A stretch of 64,000 nucleotides of DNA from positions 38,130,001 through 38,194,000 of the forward strand of contig NC_087251.1 of NCBI RefSeq assembly GCF_037042905.1, in the 5' to 3' direction. The DNA is from Lytechinus pictus (Eukaryota). A program made the position numbers and the translations under genes. Below the pieces are notes generated by a model. It ran no database searches and was not told the origin of the DNA. It was given only the letters and a program-made list of their open reading frames with translations. This document shows positions 12,547 to 26,604 of this stretch, in pieces (the first letter of the stretch is position 1; each line of letters starts with the position of its first letter).

Positions 12547-13956
12547 CTATGGAGGCAAAAGATTAGAGCAATGTGATGGTCATGGATGTGGATTTCGAAT
12601 ACAGCAACTCCAGCGTGCATCAGGCAAAAGGGGGGACAAGAGTGAACCCAAAATAAAGCCGGTCAATATTCATTTTAGATCATTCAACTATTTTTCACTC
12701 CAAAGAAAAAAAAAGGAAACCTATTTTTATTGGGGAAATATCACGCTTATACCCGGTAGAGAATATCACAAAGCTTTTAAAAGATTTTATCTCTAAAAAT
12801 ATCCAACGCTTTGCAGTATCTATTATGGCCTGGGTCCTACTTTACACATATTTTTTGCCTTCTGGATGACGAGAAAAGCTAATAATTTCCTCACATATTT
12901 CAAAATTACATATTTCAAATATGTAAATACATGGTATTCCAATAAAATATGTTAAAATTATCTCCATCATTGACTTGATAATGGGACTTTTATTCAAATG
13001 GTTCGTACTTCTGTGATTCTTTAACCCCCCCCCCCCCCATCATGTTCAGCATTTTCAAAATTTACCATTAAAAAAAATTTTCACTGCATTATTTAATGCT
13101 CCTTCCATATATCTATAAATGAATGATACCAACCTGTAACTTATTACATTTCCATGCATTTAGTGCACTTCATTTATAAGTATTTCATATATATATAAAA
13201 AGAAACCAAGCAATTTCGATCTACTAGAATTTTAATGTTTAAGGAAAAATAGAGATATATTCTCATTGCTAATGTTTCATTTAGGGGGAAATACACAAAA
13301 AATTTTGCAAGTACTGTAATAAAAAAAAAGATTCTTTGTTTGTCCTGCCAAGTAAATATTCAAAGGATTTCTTTTTTTTCTTCATTATTTGCCCTTATTT
13401 CTATTTGGTTAATTATAATTTTATCAACAAAAGAATACTCAGCAGCTAACAAAGCTGTATGGAAACTATGATGGCATTATTTTTTTTTAGATTATTATGA
13501 GGGAAATAAGATCATGACGAAATGAGAATGGGATGGATAATCCTATATCTAATGGAGCAAGTGATTCTATAAGAAAATATGCCACGTTTCCTGACATTAT
13601 ATCACATTAAAACTGCTAAAAAAAAATCATCACTAAATGCAAATATCTAGGTTGAGTAGAAGTGCTCTCACACCTTGATATATATGTTAGCCAGCATAAT
13701 ACTGATGTACGTATGGCAAGTCATTTTTCATTGATTCAATTTCTAAATATCATGAATTAATTTTATATATCAAGCTCTCTTTTAATGACATTCTATGGTA
13801 AGCCAAATTTTGAATTAATTGATATTTCTTAACATAAACAATTTTAAGTTTTATCACGATTTTTGGCAATAATTAATTTCTTGATATTAAGAAATAGGAT
13901 TGAATGGTAAAATGGCTTTCCAATGCACATTGGAATATCCTGGCTAAAGAGTTCAG

Positions 13957-14215
13957 GGCCCTGTCTTACAAAGACTTACGATTGATCCAATTAATCGTAA
14001 CTCTATGGAAATCCATCAGTGTCATAATTTTTTCTATAGGAAATTTGCACAATGTCCTTTCTAAACAAAGAGAAGCACAGTGAATTTTCAAGAAAACAAT
14101 GAATGCGTGAATATACATCATAGTTCGAAAATATTTTGAACATACATGTCGATGTTGCTGGCCATCCATAGTTAAGATTGATCGGATTAATCGTAACTCT
14201 TTGTAAGATGGTGCC
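13957..14215. mobile_element. MITE family B, copy 1 (Harbinger-like, CWG TSD)
   Basis: cag|ggccctgtcttacaaag...ctttgtaagatggtgcc|cag. Confidence 0.85.
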
Positions 14216-16463
14216 CAGGTGTGACAGCCCCTTTATTAGCATATAAACGTACAATTCATAGATACACAAGAGGCAAGTCTCAACGCACATAACAACTGGG
14301 AATGAAGCCAATTATTATAAACATGCCATGAATGGAACATACATTTAGATGCAGCTTTTAATAGAAAAGTGTCAGTAAAGGGCATTCAAACGATAAGGTC
14401 ATAACTGCAAAGAGACATGGGGAGAATTGCATACAACAAACTACCACTTGTTATAAGCTACTGAAATCCTTGAATCTGATTGGCTCAGAGCAAAATAGTC
14501 TGTGAAAATCACTATTTGTATCATGAAAGGCTTCCCAGGACTTTACAAAAGCATATAGTTCAAGCTAATGTGAAGAACTAGTTGGATATTCCCTCGCCTC
14601 ATACTAAATTAAAGGGCAGTATTTCCATTAATCTAAATCAAATTGTGGCGGTAATCTATATTTTATCAAATTTATGGAGCCTTTATACAATAATTTCTAG
14701 CCTACGAACACATAATTTAGCACAAGATTATGCACGACCAAAACGATTTGGCCCCCTCATCCAAAAAAAAAACCAAAACACTATTATGTATAGGCCTATA
14801 TGGCTCATTTGCTACTAAAAACAATCAAATCAGAAAAAGATATATTTTTTATTTTGTTCAATCATGTTTCTATTAAACTGTGTAAAATTCAATAAAGGCG
14901 TCAAACAATGCTATATAGGTGATTTTTTTAATGCATTTTTATGAAAAAGTTTACTCCTTTTTTGCCCTTTTTCTAAAACTAAGTAATTTTTTTGTACTGC
15001 ATACAGACTTTGTAAGGGAACTATGGGGCCCCACTCTCTCACGATAGCACAGCTGTTTTCTACAGAATAATGGATGAATCCTTCTCATATTACCATGCGT
15101 CTTCGAATCTGAGCACAAAATATGCACAGGCTGTGACACCTTGAAGATAATTTTACTGAATCAAATATTTATGCCTCATTCCACTGCAGATTTATTGCAG
15201 TTTACCTTGAATTAGACAGGCGTTTTGTTTCTGCTCGAGGGAAATTTACATGTACTGTAGTAAGATAAATCTTACTGTGAAGAATTGATAAATATTGCAA
15301 GCACCATTGAAATATATGTGTTACGTATAATAGCCTATGTATTGCAACCAATGTTAAAACTCAACACTTAATATAGGCCCTAAATACTTAAAATATTGTG
15401 CGCAGAGGTTAAAACTAGTATTTGCAACCAATGCTAAAACTTAATAGTAATACATAGACCTACATGTATATATACTTTACATAATGTGGGTAGAGGTTAA
15501 AATTGGTATGTATATTTAGTATTTCAGGTACGAATTTTAATATCTTTTTAGGTCAAGGAAAATAATAAGAGTAATTGAAACAAAGTTACATGTACACCAA
15601 TTACTCAAATCAAATTAAGAGCCAGTATTGCAAACAAACACAAAGCTTAAATGGCTAAGAATTTTAGCAATTTGGATACGTAAGGTTATCTTAGTTAAGA
15701 GGGGGGGGGGGGCTTTGTTTGATGAAGTTAAGGTTCACATGGTATACCTGTCCAAAGTGCCAACATTTTTCAGAGACTACAAACTGGATTGGGTTTGTGC
15801 ATTATTAAATGCTTAAATGCCATTAAGGATTAGAGTGTACATCAAATCAATTTTAAAAGACTATCAACAATTCAACTATTCCACATTATCTATATGGATG
15901 ACAAATGAAGCAAGTCATGGTTCTACACGTCAGAGATTAAATTGCAATTAGTTTTGCTTGAACTGTTGAAAAGCACTTGTATACTCCTTCTTCATATACT
16001 GGTAGAAACACTTTTTCACAAGAGATCTCTTTAAGAAATGGTAAAATATATTATGTAGTATGTAAACAGTAATACAGTATACATGGTCAGATTTATGACA
16101 GCAACATTTTAAATTGCAATTTGGAGTTCCATCATGAATAAGGGCAGATACACGAGGAGCTAGATTGTTTTCTTTACTTGGCTTTATTTCAAATAATGGT
16201 CTACAGAGGTCTTCATTGGAATTAATGTGAATTAGTCTGGGTACATCAGAATTAATCAATTAAGAATGGAATCTTGTAAATTTTCATATGAAAATAAGCT
16301 ACCACAAAGGTAAAAAAAGGGAATCTATAAATTCAATCATTTCACTGAAAAAAAAGTACAAAGATTTCTACATCTAACTATTAACAAATCATTTGAATTA
16401 TTTTTCAATTAGTCTGGCTAAATCAGAATCAATCTATTAAGAATAGAGTCTAGTAAATTTAGG

Positions 16464-18299
16464 CAAGGCTCGACATTAGCGGTGGCCCGGTGGCCCGGGG
16501 CCACCAAAAATTCACCTCGGGCAACCATTATTGATAAAATGTTAAGTTTTGGTGGCCCGAATCGGGCAACCAATAATTTTCAAAGTAGCGCAATTTTTCT
16601 CCCAATTTTGCACGCATTTATCAACATTCTACAGCTCAAATTGCAAGCCAGTTCGTCATGCGCCTTTTTTGTTGATCTACACACAAATACACACACACAC
16701 ACAGTTTGCATATTAGGCCTACAGCTATAGCATACAGTAGCTATTATCCAGCCAGCCGCGCCGGCCGGCTGGCGTGAGCTTTGCATGAAGCCACTGCATA
16801 CAGCTGTGCTCTAGATCTAGCTCAGCCTATTCAGACTCAGGGAGCTGCGATAAAAAATGTTGCTGCTGAGAAATCTTCCACAGAACTTTGAAAATCTAAG
16901 TCAAAGTCACCTTTTACACCAATGAAATGAAATTCTACAGTCTATATTACGAAAATCTGGTGTACCCTGATTATTTGCAAGTATTAAGAAGAGGAATTAT
17001 GACCTCTCTTTTGACTCAAAAAGACCGATTTCCACATGAATTAATGCACATAAGAACACATAGGCAAGTACATCACAGTCCCACGTGTGCATTTGTATGT
17101 ATGTTGATACTTGGTTTCTTTCGAAGCTGTGTATTTTCTAGCCTTAAACAAACAGACAGTTTCTTTCTTTCTTGTTTATAAATGACTTCTTAAACCACTC
17201 TTGAGAAAGTAAATACTTTGGGAAGGCATTTCATTGATATGAAATGTGATTTTTTTTCCCAACATTTTGGCAAATATAGGGAAGGACTTTTCTCACACTT
17301 TTTTTCCAATATAGTTTTTGCCGTTTTTTTTTTTTTTTTTTTTTTTTTTTTGACAGTGGTTAAACCATTTATACCCCTTCCCATTGAATATGCCTGATTA
17401 AAAAATATGTTTCTACTGAAAATAAAATAATACAAACTAAAGGATATAAAAATAGAAATGTGCCATTCCCAAAAGGTAAGTGAAAATTATATGCTTGGCT
17501 TTTAATTATATTCCAGTCAGAATCAGCTGTTAAAAATATATGTAATGGCTTCTCAATTTTCCCCTTTTCCCCATTTTTATATTTACTTTGTTTTATTAAT
17601 TTTTCTTTAATTTTCTTTTCTTTTTTCTCTCTAATTTTTTTCTTTTCTTTTTTTCCCTGTTCTTTGTTTTTTTCTTTCTTCATTTTCTTTCTTTTGTTTT
17701 ATTTCACTAATTCCTTTTATTATTTTTGTTTTCTTTTTGTTATATACTTTTTGAAAATAATTTTCGTTTGTTTCTCCCTTTTATGCATTGTTCTAATTTT
17801 GCAGCATATTTTTCTGTGATTTTCTCCTTCTATATGCTGCAAAAGAGAAAACAGAAATAAACTGGATTTGGGGCATGCATAATCTAGGTTTTAGGATTCA
17901 AAGAGGAAGGAAGGAAAAACCATTGTTTTGTACATCTATCTGAGTTTGCTATGCACTATTTATTTACTTTACCATTATCTCTATACAGAGATTTAAAAAA
18001 AAAGTCCACACAACCTGCGAACAATACAATTCATTTATTCACTTTCAATCATTTCATTTTTACAACGATAGAAACAATTATCAATTAGCAAAGTAAAATA
18101 ACAGCAAACAAGGTTTACATACAAGATGTATAAAGTGAAAGGAACTTAGTGGTAGTGGCTGCAGAATTAATATTTCAGAAGTTTGTTTTATTAATTTTTA
18201 ATGTTTTTCTTTATATTTTTCGGGCCACCAAAAAAAATTATTTGATGGTTTTGGTGGCCCGAACGGGCCACCACCAAAAAAAGTTAATGTGGAGCCTTG
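16464..18299 (+). mobile_element. Non-autonomous TIR element, P-like, copy 1
   Basis: TIR caaggctcgacatta / taatgtggagccttg; 7-bp TSD atttagg; subterminal ggtggcccg repeats. Confidence 0.88.
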
Positions 18300-18322
18300 A
18301 TTTAGGCTTATATGAAATTAAG

Positions 18323-19322
18323 CAAGGCTCGACATTAGCGGTGGCCCGGTGGCCCGGGGCCACCAGAAATTCACCTCGGGCAACCATTAATGAAAAAATA
18401 TTAAGTTTTGGTGGCCCGAATCGGGCAACCAATAATTTTCAGAATAGCGCAATTTTTCTCCCCATTTTGCACGCATTTATCAACTTTCTACAATTCAAAT
18501 TGCAAGCCAGTTCGTTATGCGCCCTTTTTGTTGATCTACACACAAACACACACACAAAGTTGGCCTACCGCTATAGCATTAAGTAGCTTTTATCCAGCCG
18601 GCTGGCGTGAGCTTTGCATGCTTGAAGCAGCTGTGCGTTAGCAGCCTATTCAGACTCAGGGAGCTGCAATACGAAATGTTGCTACTAAGAAATCTTCCAC
18701 AGAACTGTGAAAATCCAAGTCAAAGTCACATTTTACACCAATGAAATGCCCTTCTACAGACCTTTTTGCTAAAATCTGGTGTATCCTGATTATTTGCAAG
18801 CATTAAAAAGAGGAATCATGACCTCTCTTTTGACTCAAAAAGACCGATTTCCAAATGAAAATAATACACATAAAAACACATAGGTGAGTACATCACAGTC
18901 CCACATGTGCATTTGTATGTATGTTGTTACTTGGTTTCTTTCGAAGCTGTGTCTTTTCCGGTCTTTTCTAGCCAAAAATAAACAGACAGCTACTTTCTTT
19001 CTTGTTTATAAATGATTTCTTAAACAACTCTTGAGAAAGTAAATACTTTGGGAAGGCATTTCATTAATATGAAATGTGAATTTTTCCAACATTTTGGCAA
19101 ATTTAGGGAAGGAATTTTCTCACACTTTTTTTTGCTGTTTTATTATTTTCTTTCATTTTTTTTTACAGTGGTTTACCATTTATACCCATTTATTCATTTT
19201 TAATGTTTTTCTTTATATTTTTCGGGCCACCAAACTTTAATATCAGGCCACCAAAAAAAATTATTTGAAGATTTTGGTGGCCCGAACGGGCCACCACCAA
19301 AAAAAGTTAATGTGGAGCCTTG
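18323..19322 (+). mobile_element. Non-autonomous TIR element, P-like, copy 2
   Basis: Same TIRs; own 7-bp TSD aattaag; colinear with copy 1 but lacks about 0.8 kb of internal sequence. Confidence 0.88.
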
Positions 19323-19529
19323 AATTAAGCAATGCAAAGAAGCCCAAAAATTAAAAATAAAAAGAACCTGTTCTATGTAATTGCTTCCCTGAAACAAATT
19401 ACAAAGATTATCACATCAGAGTGTTAACAAATTTAATTACATCCCTACTACACTTCAGCAATTCACTGCACAGCCCAATAAACATGACAAGGGACCCGTG
19501 GAAAGGAGATAAATAAGACATAAACATTA

Positions 19530-19665
19530 TTGGCCATTTGTAAGCAAGATGGTCAACCCACAGCCCTGGGATCTAGCTACATTGACGTCATAGGGTCTCC
19601 AGAGACATTTTCATGTTCCCAAATTGATTGCAAGGAAAGAGAAGACATGATAGAAGAAGCAATTG
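19530..19665 (+). pseudogene. Decayed SRCR-like fragment
   Basis: AICKQDGQPTALGSSY...SQIDCKEREDMIEEA aligns by eye with the SRCR pattern VCRQLG...V.C.G.E..L.EC. Confidence 0.4.
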
Positions 19666-21518
19666 TCTACTTCGCCCATTCCAACCCATCATTTCAGACA
19701 TCCATTTCTATTCTGAATAGTCTATTCAAGCAGACCCTATTACAGCAGACTGGTCTGATTATTTCTCAACAAAGAATCTGAAGTATTCTTCTGGGATTTG
19801 AATTTATGTATTTCATTTTTTTTTAAAAGATAGAGGAATGAGAGGATACATTTTTAGCATATCAGTCACAAGAACAATTGAGGAATAAACTTTTGAAGAA
19901 GTCTATAAAATATGTTAAATCATTAGCAAAATGTAGGCCTACGTATCAACTAACCACAAGCATTGTCATATTGATAAAAGTGGAGTCTGTTCTGATTAGA
20001 ACAAACTCAGAGCAATATTATTTTTAACTTTAAGTATTGCCTGTGGCTCCTACTTCTGATGCCCTTTATCTATATATTTCATGAAATAATTAATTGTTTA
20101 GATTTTTTAATAAGTAGGAAACAATAAACCAAGTTCACCTTGAAGGTGAAAATTGTACTGTACTGCAACAAAAATCCATGCCCTGTCTAATATACAAATT
20201 TAAACCCCCTTCAGTCTCAAACTGATGTTCGAATGCTCCATCAAATTGATTGATGTTTGGTGAACATGCTGAGACCATCTCTGCTATGTTTACACACTAC
20301 CATCAAAAATAATTATGAAGGCAATAAATCTGATGCAATATGTTTCTCTATAAACTATGACAAGAACCATGGGCTGGTAGAAATGATGCAGTAAATTGCC
20401 ACTTGGCCTAGGCCCGCTTCATCTATTGTTCCATCTGGTATTATCCCACATGGTCTAATCCATGATGTCATTTCCCTCCAAAAAAATTTATTATTTCATA
20501 ACTATTTGATATTTTCATGCATGTATGAAAAAAAATGTCTCCCTTGTTACAAAATATAAGTTTCAGCAATGATGATCTTAAACATGAAAGCAGTTATCGA
20601 TTCTATTTTAACAATCTCGGAGGACAATATTTACATTAATATAATTCCATATAAAGAAATACGAAAGTATAGGTGGGGGATAACATAACCAGCATATTCA
20701 TGAAGATATGTACTGAATTGTTTCACTGAAACAATGCAAACCTACACGATGTCATAACCTTGTTATTTTCCATCTATTGTTTATAAAATTTTCAGCTATT
20801 TCATTTTATAGCACACCTTTTGAAGAGACCTGTTGACAACATTTCATAACTCTCACACTCAAGACAGTAGATAGCAAGATAATATAATAGAACAGTTTTT
20901 GTATAGTGCATTACACCTTACAAAGGTCTCACTGCATGTTTGGAAAAAGAAGAAAATAGGAGGGAAAGCTGCTGGTAATGCTTTGATAATACTATTTTCA
21001 GTTAAATAATGTTTTCAATGCAGATTTAAATTGCCCAATTGTATCAACTTGCCTTAAATTGTGTGGGATACTAGTCCAGAGTTCCGGCGCTGCGTGCGCA
21101 AACCCCCGTTCGCCATAAAACTTTGTCTTAACAACAGGTACGTTATATAAATTGTCATTGTCAGAGTTAGTTGAGACTCTGGAAGTTGGTCGAGACTTTA
21201 TACACTACCATAATCAATGAAAATTTAGGGTAATGAATTTGTTACTCTATGATGATTAGAACATATCTTCTTTCACTATTTTTTCATCAAGGGAAGGGGG
21301 GGGGAATGGGAAAGAAGCTCAAGGAAACAAATTATTTTACATTAAGCAGCATCAACCTGCTGTTACACACAAGCTGATAATAAGTATACTCTCCAAATAC
21401 AGGAAATTAGCCAGAAATATCATCACTCGAAAGGAAGGGGGTTAATTCAGAAAACATAAAAGCAATATCATGTTGATATGTTGGCAAAAGCAAAGAGATG
21501 GGTATTCCAATCACTTAC

Positions 21519-21645
21519 TTTCTCCCCTCTGATTCTGAGCTGCTTGGGTTCCATTCATGCGCTCCTTGGTAGTTACCTTCACCGAGCATGACATCGTCAT
21601 CGGGAGGCAACCTGGGGACCTCTTTCACCTTCTTCACAAACTCCA
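21519..21645 (-). CDS. MAP4K3/5: MAP4K3/5-like linker exon
   Basis: ccag|TG GAG TTT...AGA AA|gtaagt; (M)EFVKKVKEVPRLPPDDDVMLGEGNYQGAHEWNPSSSESEGR, phase 1-2. Confidence 0.9.
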
Positions 21646-21834
21646 CTGGAAGGAGAAATTGATAAGAAGAATAAGCATTGCGATTAATCTTTATACAGGT
21701 ATGCCTGTGTAAGTCAACCTTCCATGAAACAAATAGCCATCCCAGTTGAAGCAATATTTAGACATTATGCAAAACATGTGTTATATATACCTCTTATACA
21801 ATTTTTCTCCATAGTTGACAAATAGAATTCAATA

Positions 21835-22087
21835 GAGGTGTCACGGACTCAGGAGATAAATCTCTAGACTTTGAACCACAAGGTCCGGGGTTGGGATCCC
21901 ACCATTGCACTTGCACCTTTTGGCAAGGCCTTTATCTACATTTGCCACTCTCCACCCAGGTGTAGAAAGTGGGTACCCGGTAGGAAGGACTTCCTTGAAT
22001 TCTTAAGCACCCGATTTGGGTAGCCGTGCTAAAGTTGAGGTATAAGTATGCAGTGCTTATAAACATTGTAATAAGCACTATATAATT
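21835..22087 (+). mobile_element. tRNA-derived SINE (degenerate)
   Basis: Degenerate A/B box head, core tgccactctccacccaggtgt..gggtaccc shared with other SINE copies in the window, AT-rich tail. Confidence 0.75.
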
Positions 22088-22678
22088 TAATCACTACAGC
22101 ATTCCTGTGGTCCCAACTGAATCAATTGAGGCAAAGTTGCTTATTTGAAAGCAGAGGATAGTCTTGAAAATGAAATTCCGCCATATTGGATTAAGAAAAA
22201 TATCATTAAATATAACTGCAATTTATTATACATCTGTTGTAACATTACTCGCAGTCAATATAAAAATAGGGCAAACTTGCCCAAAAATTATGCATTTAAG
22301 GGTGCTTAAGTGGAATTGAGTAGTCTTGTTGAGAAAAAAATGCTACCCAAATCCTCCTTAAGAAAAACAATAAAAAATGAATTATAAATAACTATAACAT
22401 AAATAATTTCAAAATCATTATTTATCCTATCAACCTATTCATGTATTTCAGCTTAAATTTTCATTATTTTTTTTTAATCACAAATAACTATTTGGAGAAT
22501 TCCAAGGAGTATACATAAAATCTACTCTAATCTTTTTTCATGTTTTTCAATTCATACTGTCTTTGTAAATTCATATAAATCACTGCTAAGATGTACAATC
22601 TAGAACTTTTGAAATATCTACACCACAGCAAATCATCTGTGTATTTTTGTATCAATACAGACAGATATCTTGACTTAC

Positions 22679-22754
22679 TGTTGATTTCTGAAGCAGGTCT
22701 GTCTTTCTGGTCTGTCCTCTTTGACGAAACTCTCTTTTTCACATTAACTAAAGG
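22679..22754 (-). CDS. MAP4K3/5: MAP4K3/5-like linker exon
   Basis: ctgtag|CCT TTA...AAC A|gtaagt; PLVNVKKRVSSKRTDQKDRPASEIN, phase 0-1. Confidence 0.9.
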
Positions 22755-23367
22755 CTACAGAAAAAAATATTAATATATAACATTATACAATTTTTGTAAG
22801 GTGGATAAAGCGATTATAAATCATTTTAAAACTTTAGTTGGGTAATAAACATCCTCGACACAAGATATTTCTTTATCTTTAATAAGAGTTCATTATACAA
22901 GTTCCAATATGACCAAAGAGAGGTTAAATCAATTTATCAAAGAATGCCATAGCATCAAAAGTTTTAAAAGTATGTACATACTACACTACTATCTCAATAA
23001 TTTTCAGAGATGTGAGTTGGAATTGATAAGAGGAAATAAAAATATATATCCAGATATTTTTAGACCAAAATATAAGCATAAGCATGGATAGAGGATTGGT
23101 CTAAAATTAGATTTCTGTTTAATCTAGCCTGCCAAAGAATACAACCATTAATATTTCAACTTAAGGTAACAGTCAGGACAAAAGTTGAAATCGAAGAACC
23201 AGATTATAATTGAGAGACTTAAGTTGATGACACGCCATTTGCTCCTACGACAATTGCTCCTGTCGCTGGAACAAAGGTCATGGAACCTTTTTAATATTTT
23301 TACTTTGTTCTTGAATTCATCATGCGCCACAGTGCGAAAACTCAACATTTTTTTTTTAAAGTATTAC

Positions 23368-23499
23368 CTGATCATCTAACCTATCCTCCTCATCGTCTTC
23401 TATAGGTGAATAGCCTGGGTTGACATTACGAGCCTTCTCTAACAGTTGCCTCATCGTCTGTTTTGTCAGCGTATCTATGTTGTCTTGGAAAAAGGCATG
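23368..23499 (-). CDS. MAP4K3/5: MAP4K3/5-like exon (end of kinase domain)
   Basis: gtag|CAT GCC TTT...GAT CAG|gtaat; HAFFQDNIDTLTKQTMRQLLEKARNVNPGYSPIEDDEEDRLDDQ, phase 0-0. Confidence 0.93.
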
Positions 23500-24252
23500 C
23501 TACAACAACAGAAAATCAATATCATTTATCAAAATAATGCATTCAATGTTTTCAAAATTATTCTACCATACATCCAACTTATCAGGCCAGCAATTGATAA
23601 AAAAGGAAATATTAACAGTGTAGACAACTTATCAATGCTTCTAGTTTGACAAAAAATTCAAATGGTAATATACATGATCTTCAATTTAAAGCGAGAATAA
23701 ATATTTAAAGAAAATATAAAAATATTAACCTATAATTTATTTTCAATGTAAATGTAGAACGTCCCCAAATATTACGATTAAATTTTGAATTTGGATTCTG
23801 AAATATATTTTAAGTCTCCACTGAATGGCACTGCAGGCTATTGTGGACTGCCAATAATGCTAGGTAGTGTACTTACATTAATAAGGACACGAAACAAACA
23901 GTAGCAGACAAACTTGCAGAGCATACGCAACCCGTTTCCCTCACATAGTTTGGAATCGCATATCTTTTTTGTATGGTCCAATCCCTCAGACCCCCTCCCC
24001 CCAAAAAAATAAAATAAATAAAATAAATAAACAATAATAACAATAATAATAAAATTTAGAAAAATTAAACATCAATCAATCAAATAATATATGTATTAAA
24101 CAATGTTTCAGCTTCAACAAACCTTGAAAATTATTTAGGGTGAGCTTTCGTCCACTCTTGTGGACTTTCTCAAGCCAATTGATCAGTCACACACAGTATG
24201 CTGCCTGCAGTCTGTACCTCCATGTCTCATGATCAAAATATGTATTGGTCTG

Positions 24253-24523
24253 GGCCCCATCTTACAAAGAGTTGCAATTGATCTGATCAATCGCACCTAT
24301 GGACGGCCAGCAATGTCAACATATTAAACTGCATGTTTCTTCAAAAATTTTCTAGATATGAATGTATATCCATAAATTCATTGATTTCTTGACAATTTGG
24401 TGTGTTCTCCTTTGTTTACAAAGGACATTTTGCAAATTTCCTGGAGAAAAAATTATGAAACTGATGGATTTCCATAGAGTTATGATTGATCGGATCAATC
24501 ATAACTCTGTGTAAGACAGGGCC
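24253..24523. mobile_element. MITE family B, copy 2 (opposite orientation)
   Basis: ctg|ggccccatcttacaaag...gtgtaagacagggcc|ctg; reverse complement of 13957-14215. Confidence 0.85.
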
Positions 24524-24655
24524 CTGATCTGGTCTGGTATTGTGGCAAGTGTTGGTGGACTCAGGCTCACAACAACAATGTAACTTTCAAAATCTAATTG
24601 GAATTACCTACCGACATGTACCTAGATACTAAAATGTATAGAGCGTTTCTCCTAC

Positions 24656-24800
24656 CTGAAGGAGTTTACTGGCAGTGGGCCTTTTCTTTGGGTTCTTGAT
24701 TAGTGCTGTTTTAATGAATGCATGGAATACTGGTGTCCACTTATTCTTGTCCTTCAGCTTCGGCGGAACAAAGTTGCTCTTTGACATGAGGAACAGAGCC
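24656..24800 (-). CDS. MAP4K3/5: MAP4K3/5-like kinase exon (C-lobe)
   Basis: gcag|G GCT CTG...CTT CAG|gtagg; [48 protein letters not shown]. Confidence 0.97.
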
Positions 24801-24956
24801 CTGCACAGTCAAAGAAAAATGTATAATTTACATACGTCTTGTCCTACAAATCAGCCTTTGCAGATTCAAAAGGTTAAAAAAAGAATGTGTGATATTTACT
24901 ATGGTGGTGAACTGATGAGGACAAGGAGGATAGTGATGATTATAATGATGATGATG

Positions 24957-25315
24957 ATACTTCTTCTCACTTGGAAAGTGTTAAATGGTATGGCACCAAA
25001 ATATCTACAAGACCTCGTCATGCCTTATACAACAGCTCGTAGCCTAAGATCATCACACCAGCAACTTGTTAAGACTCAAAAGACACGTGTAGCATATGGT
25101 GCGATAGCTTTATCTGCCTCAGCACGTTCTCTCTGGTATAATTTGCAGTTGAATTTAAGAATTATATCATCACTGGAGACCTTCAAATCTAAACTGAAGT
25201 CTTATATTTTTTAACAGTATCAGTTATTGGCACTTTGACACTCATTCTTTCTCTCATTCTTTCTCTCATTCTTTCTTTTCTTGTGCGCCTCGGAATAGAA
25301 TACTTCTAGATAGAT
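24957..25315 (+). mobile_element. L2/CR1-group LINE 3' fragment
   Basis: LLTWKVLNGMAPKYLQDL...RSLRSS...LW.NL...SLETFKSKLKSYIF is a typical L2 ORF2 C-terminus; the 3' UTR runs into the gap. Confidence 0.85.
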
Positions 25316-25469
25316 NNNNNNNNNNNNNNNNNNNNNNNNNNNNNNNNNNNNNNNNNNNNNNNNNNNNNNNNNNNNNNNNNNNNNNNNNNNNNNNNNNNNN
25401 NNNNNNNNNNNNNNNNNNNNNNNNNNNNNNNNNNNNNNNNNNNNNNNNNNNNNNNNNNNNNNNNNNNNN
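25316..25469. other. Assembly gap
   Basis: Run of N. Confidence 1.
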
Positions 25470-25711
25470 ATGACCATGACCATGACCCTGATTACGACAA
25501 TGACGATGATGATCATGATGACTTTAGACAATGATGACAACAATTGATAATAGTAACAATTTAATGTTCGGAGTGTTTAAAACAATAAGTACATAATGCT
25601 CATGCAAATACATGAAATTAAAAAAGACTTATCATGAACTTCTCAAGTATCAAATCCATTCAATAACATTAATCAGTTTTTATTGCCCATATCATGGATC
25701 ACATTTCATAA

Positions 25712-26196
25712 GGTGGTTTCAAACCGCCTCGATCACAAGAATCCCCGTTAAATTACGAGAACTTTTTAAGGCTGAAAAATACCCATTAATTATTCCTGCA
25801 TTCACACCGCCCTGAAACATACCCTTCGGGATAAGTTCCTGAAGTAGATCCTGAAGTTACGAGCATGCGCAGTATGGTCTGATAAACAAGCAAGGCGCGA
25901 GATTCAAAATCACTAGCCCAGCAGCCACCCACGGCGCCGCACCCAACGACACGCTGGGCTAAAAGTTCCCGTAATTTGCTTTCACATCGCCAAAATACCT
26001 GCGACCTTGGAAAAATCCCCGCGAAAGTTCTCGTAATTTCGCCAAGTACCTACTATTTAGCGGGTATTTTCTTTCGGGGAAATTACGCGTAGTTTGCTTT
26101 CACATTACCAAAATACCTGGTATTTTCTGATCGGGGTAAATTTCCCGATCAGAGAATACCTGGAACTGACAAACTTCGAGGCGGTCTGAAACCACT
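25712..26196. mobile_element. MITE, Harbinger-like (older relatives at about 34730-35550)
   Basis: TIRs gtggtttcaaaccgcctcga / tcgaggcggtctgaaaccac; CpG retained. Confidence 0.82.
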
Positions 26197-26604
26197 TATT
26201 GTATTTTCCCCCACAAATAGCTAAACTTCTCCACTTCGAATAAGATAACTTTCTGAAAGCATAATTAGGATTCAGGGTAGGGAGTAATTTAAGAGCAATT
26301 GATATTCTAAAAGGTCAATTAGGGAGAGGGTCATAAACATCCCACAGACAAACAGATTCAAGGGACACTATTGTGTATAATTGACTTCTAATAGAATTGA
26401 ATGTATTTGGCTTGCTTAAAGATTGAACTACAGTACATTCTGCATAAGCTGACTTTCCTGAATGATCGCTTTAATACTCGATGTATTAGTTCATACCAGA
26501 AATATGCAAAACGTGTGTTATTTACATCTTCTAAGTCAAATTTCACCCAAGTCAGACAGATTTCTGTGGTCCTAAGATATTTGACTTTAGCAGAGTTACA
26601 TGTA

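Noticed and set aside
16482-18641. Paired similar ORFs (ARWPGAT.NSPRATI...)
   Set aside because: They are translations of the subterminal region of the two P-like copies, with no transposase motifs.
24675-25214. 179-aa + strand ORF as a gene
   Set aside because: It is a chimera of antisense kinase exon, intron, (gat)n tract and an L2 fragment.
25220-25543. ORF spanning X residues
   Set aside because: It reads through the N gap.
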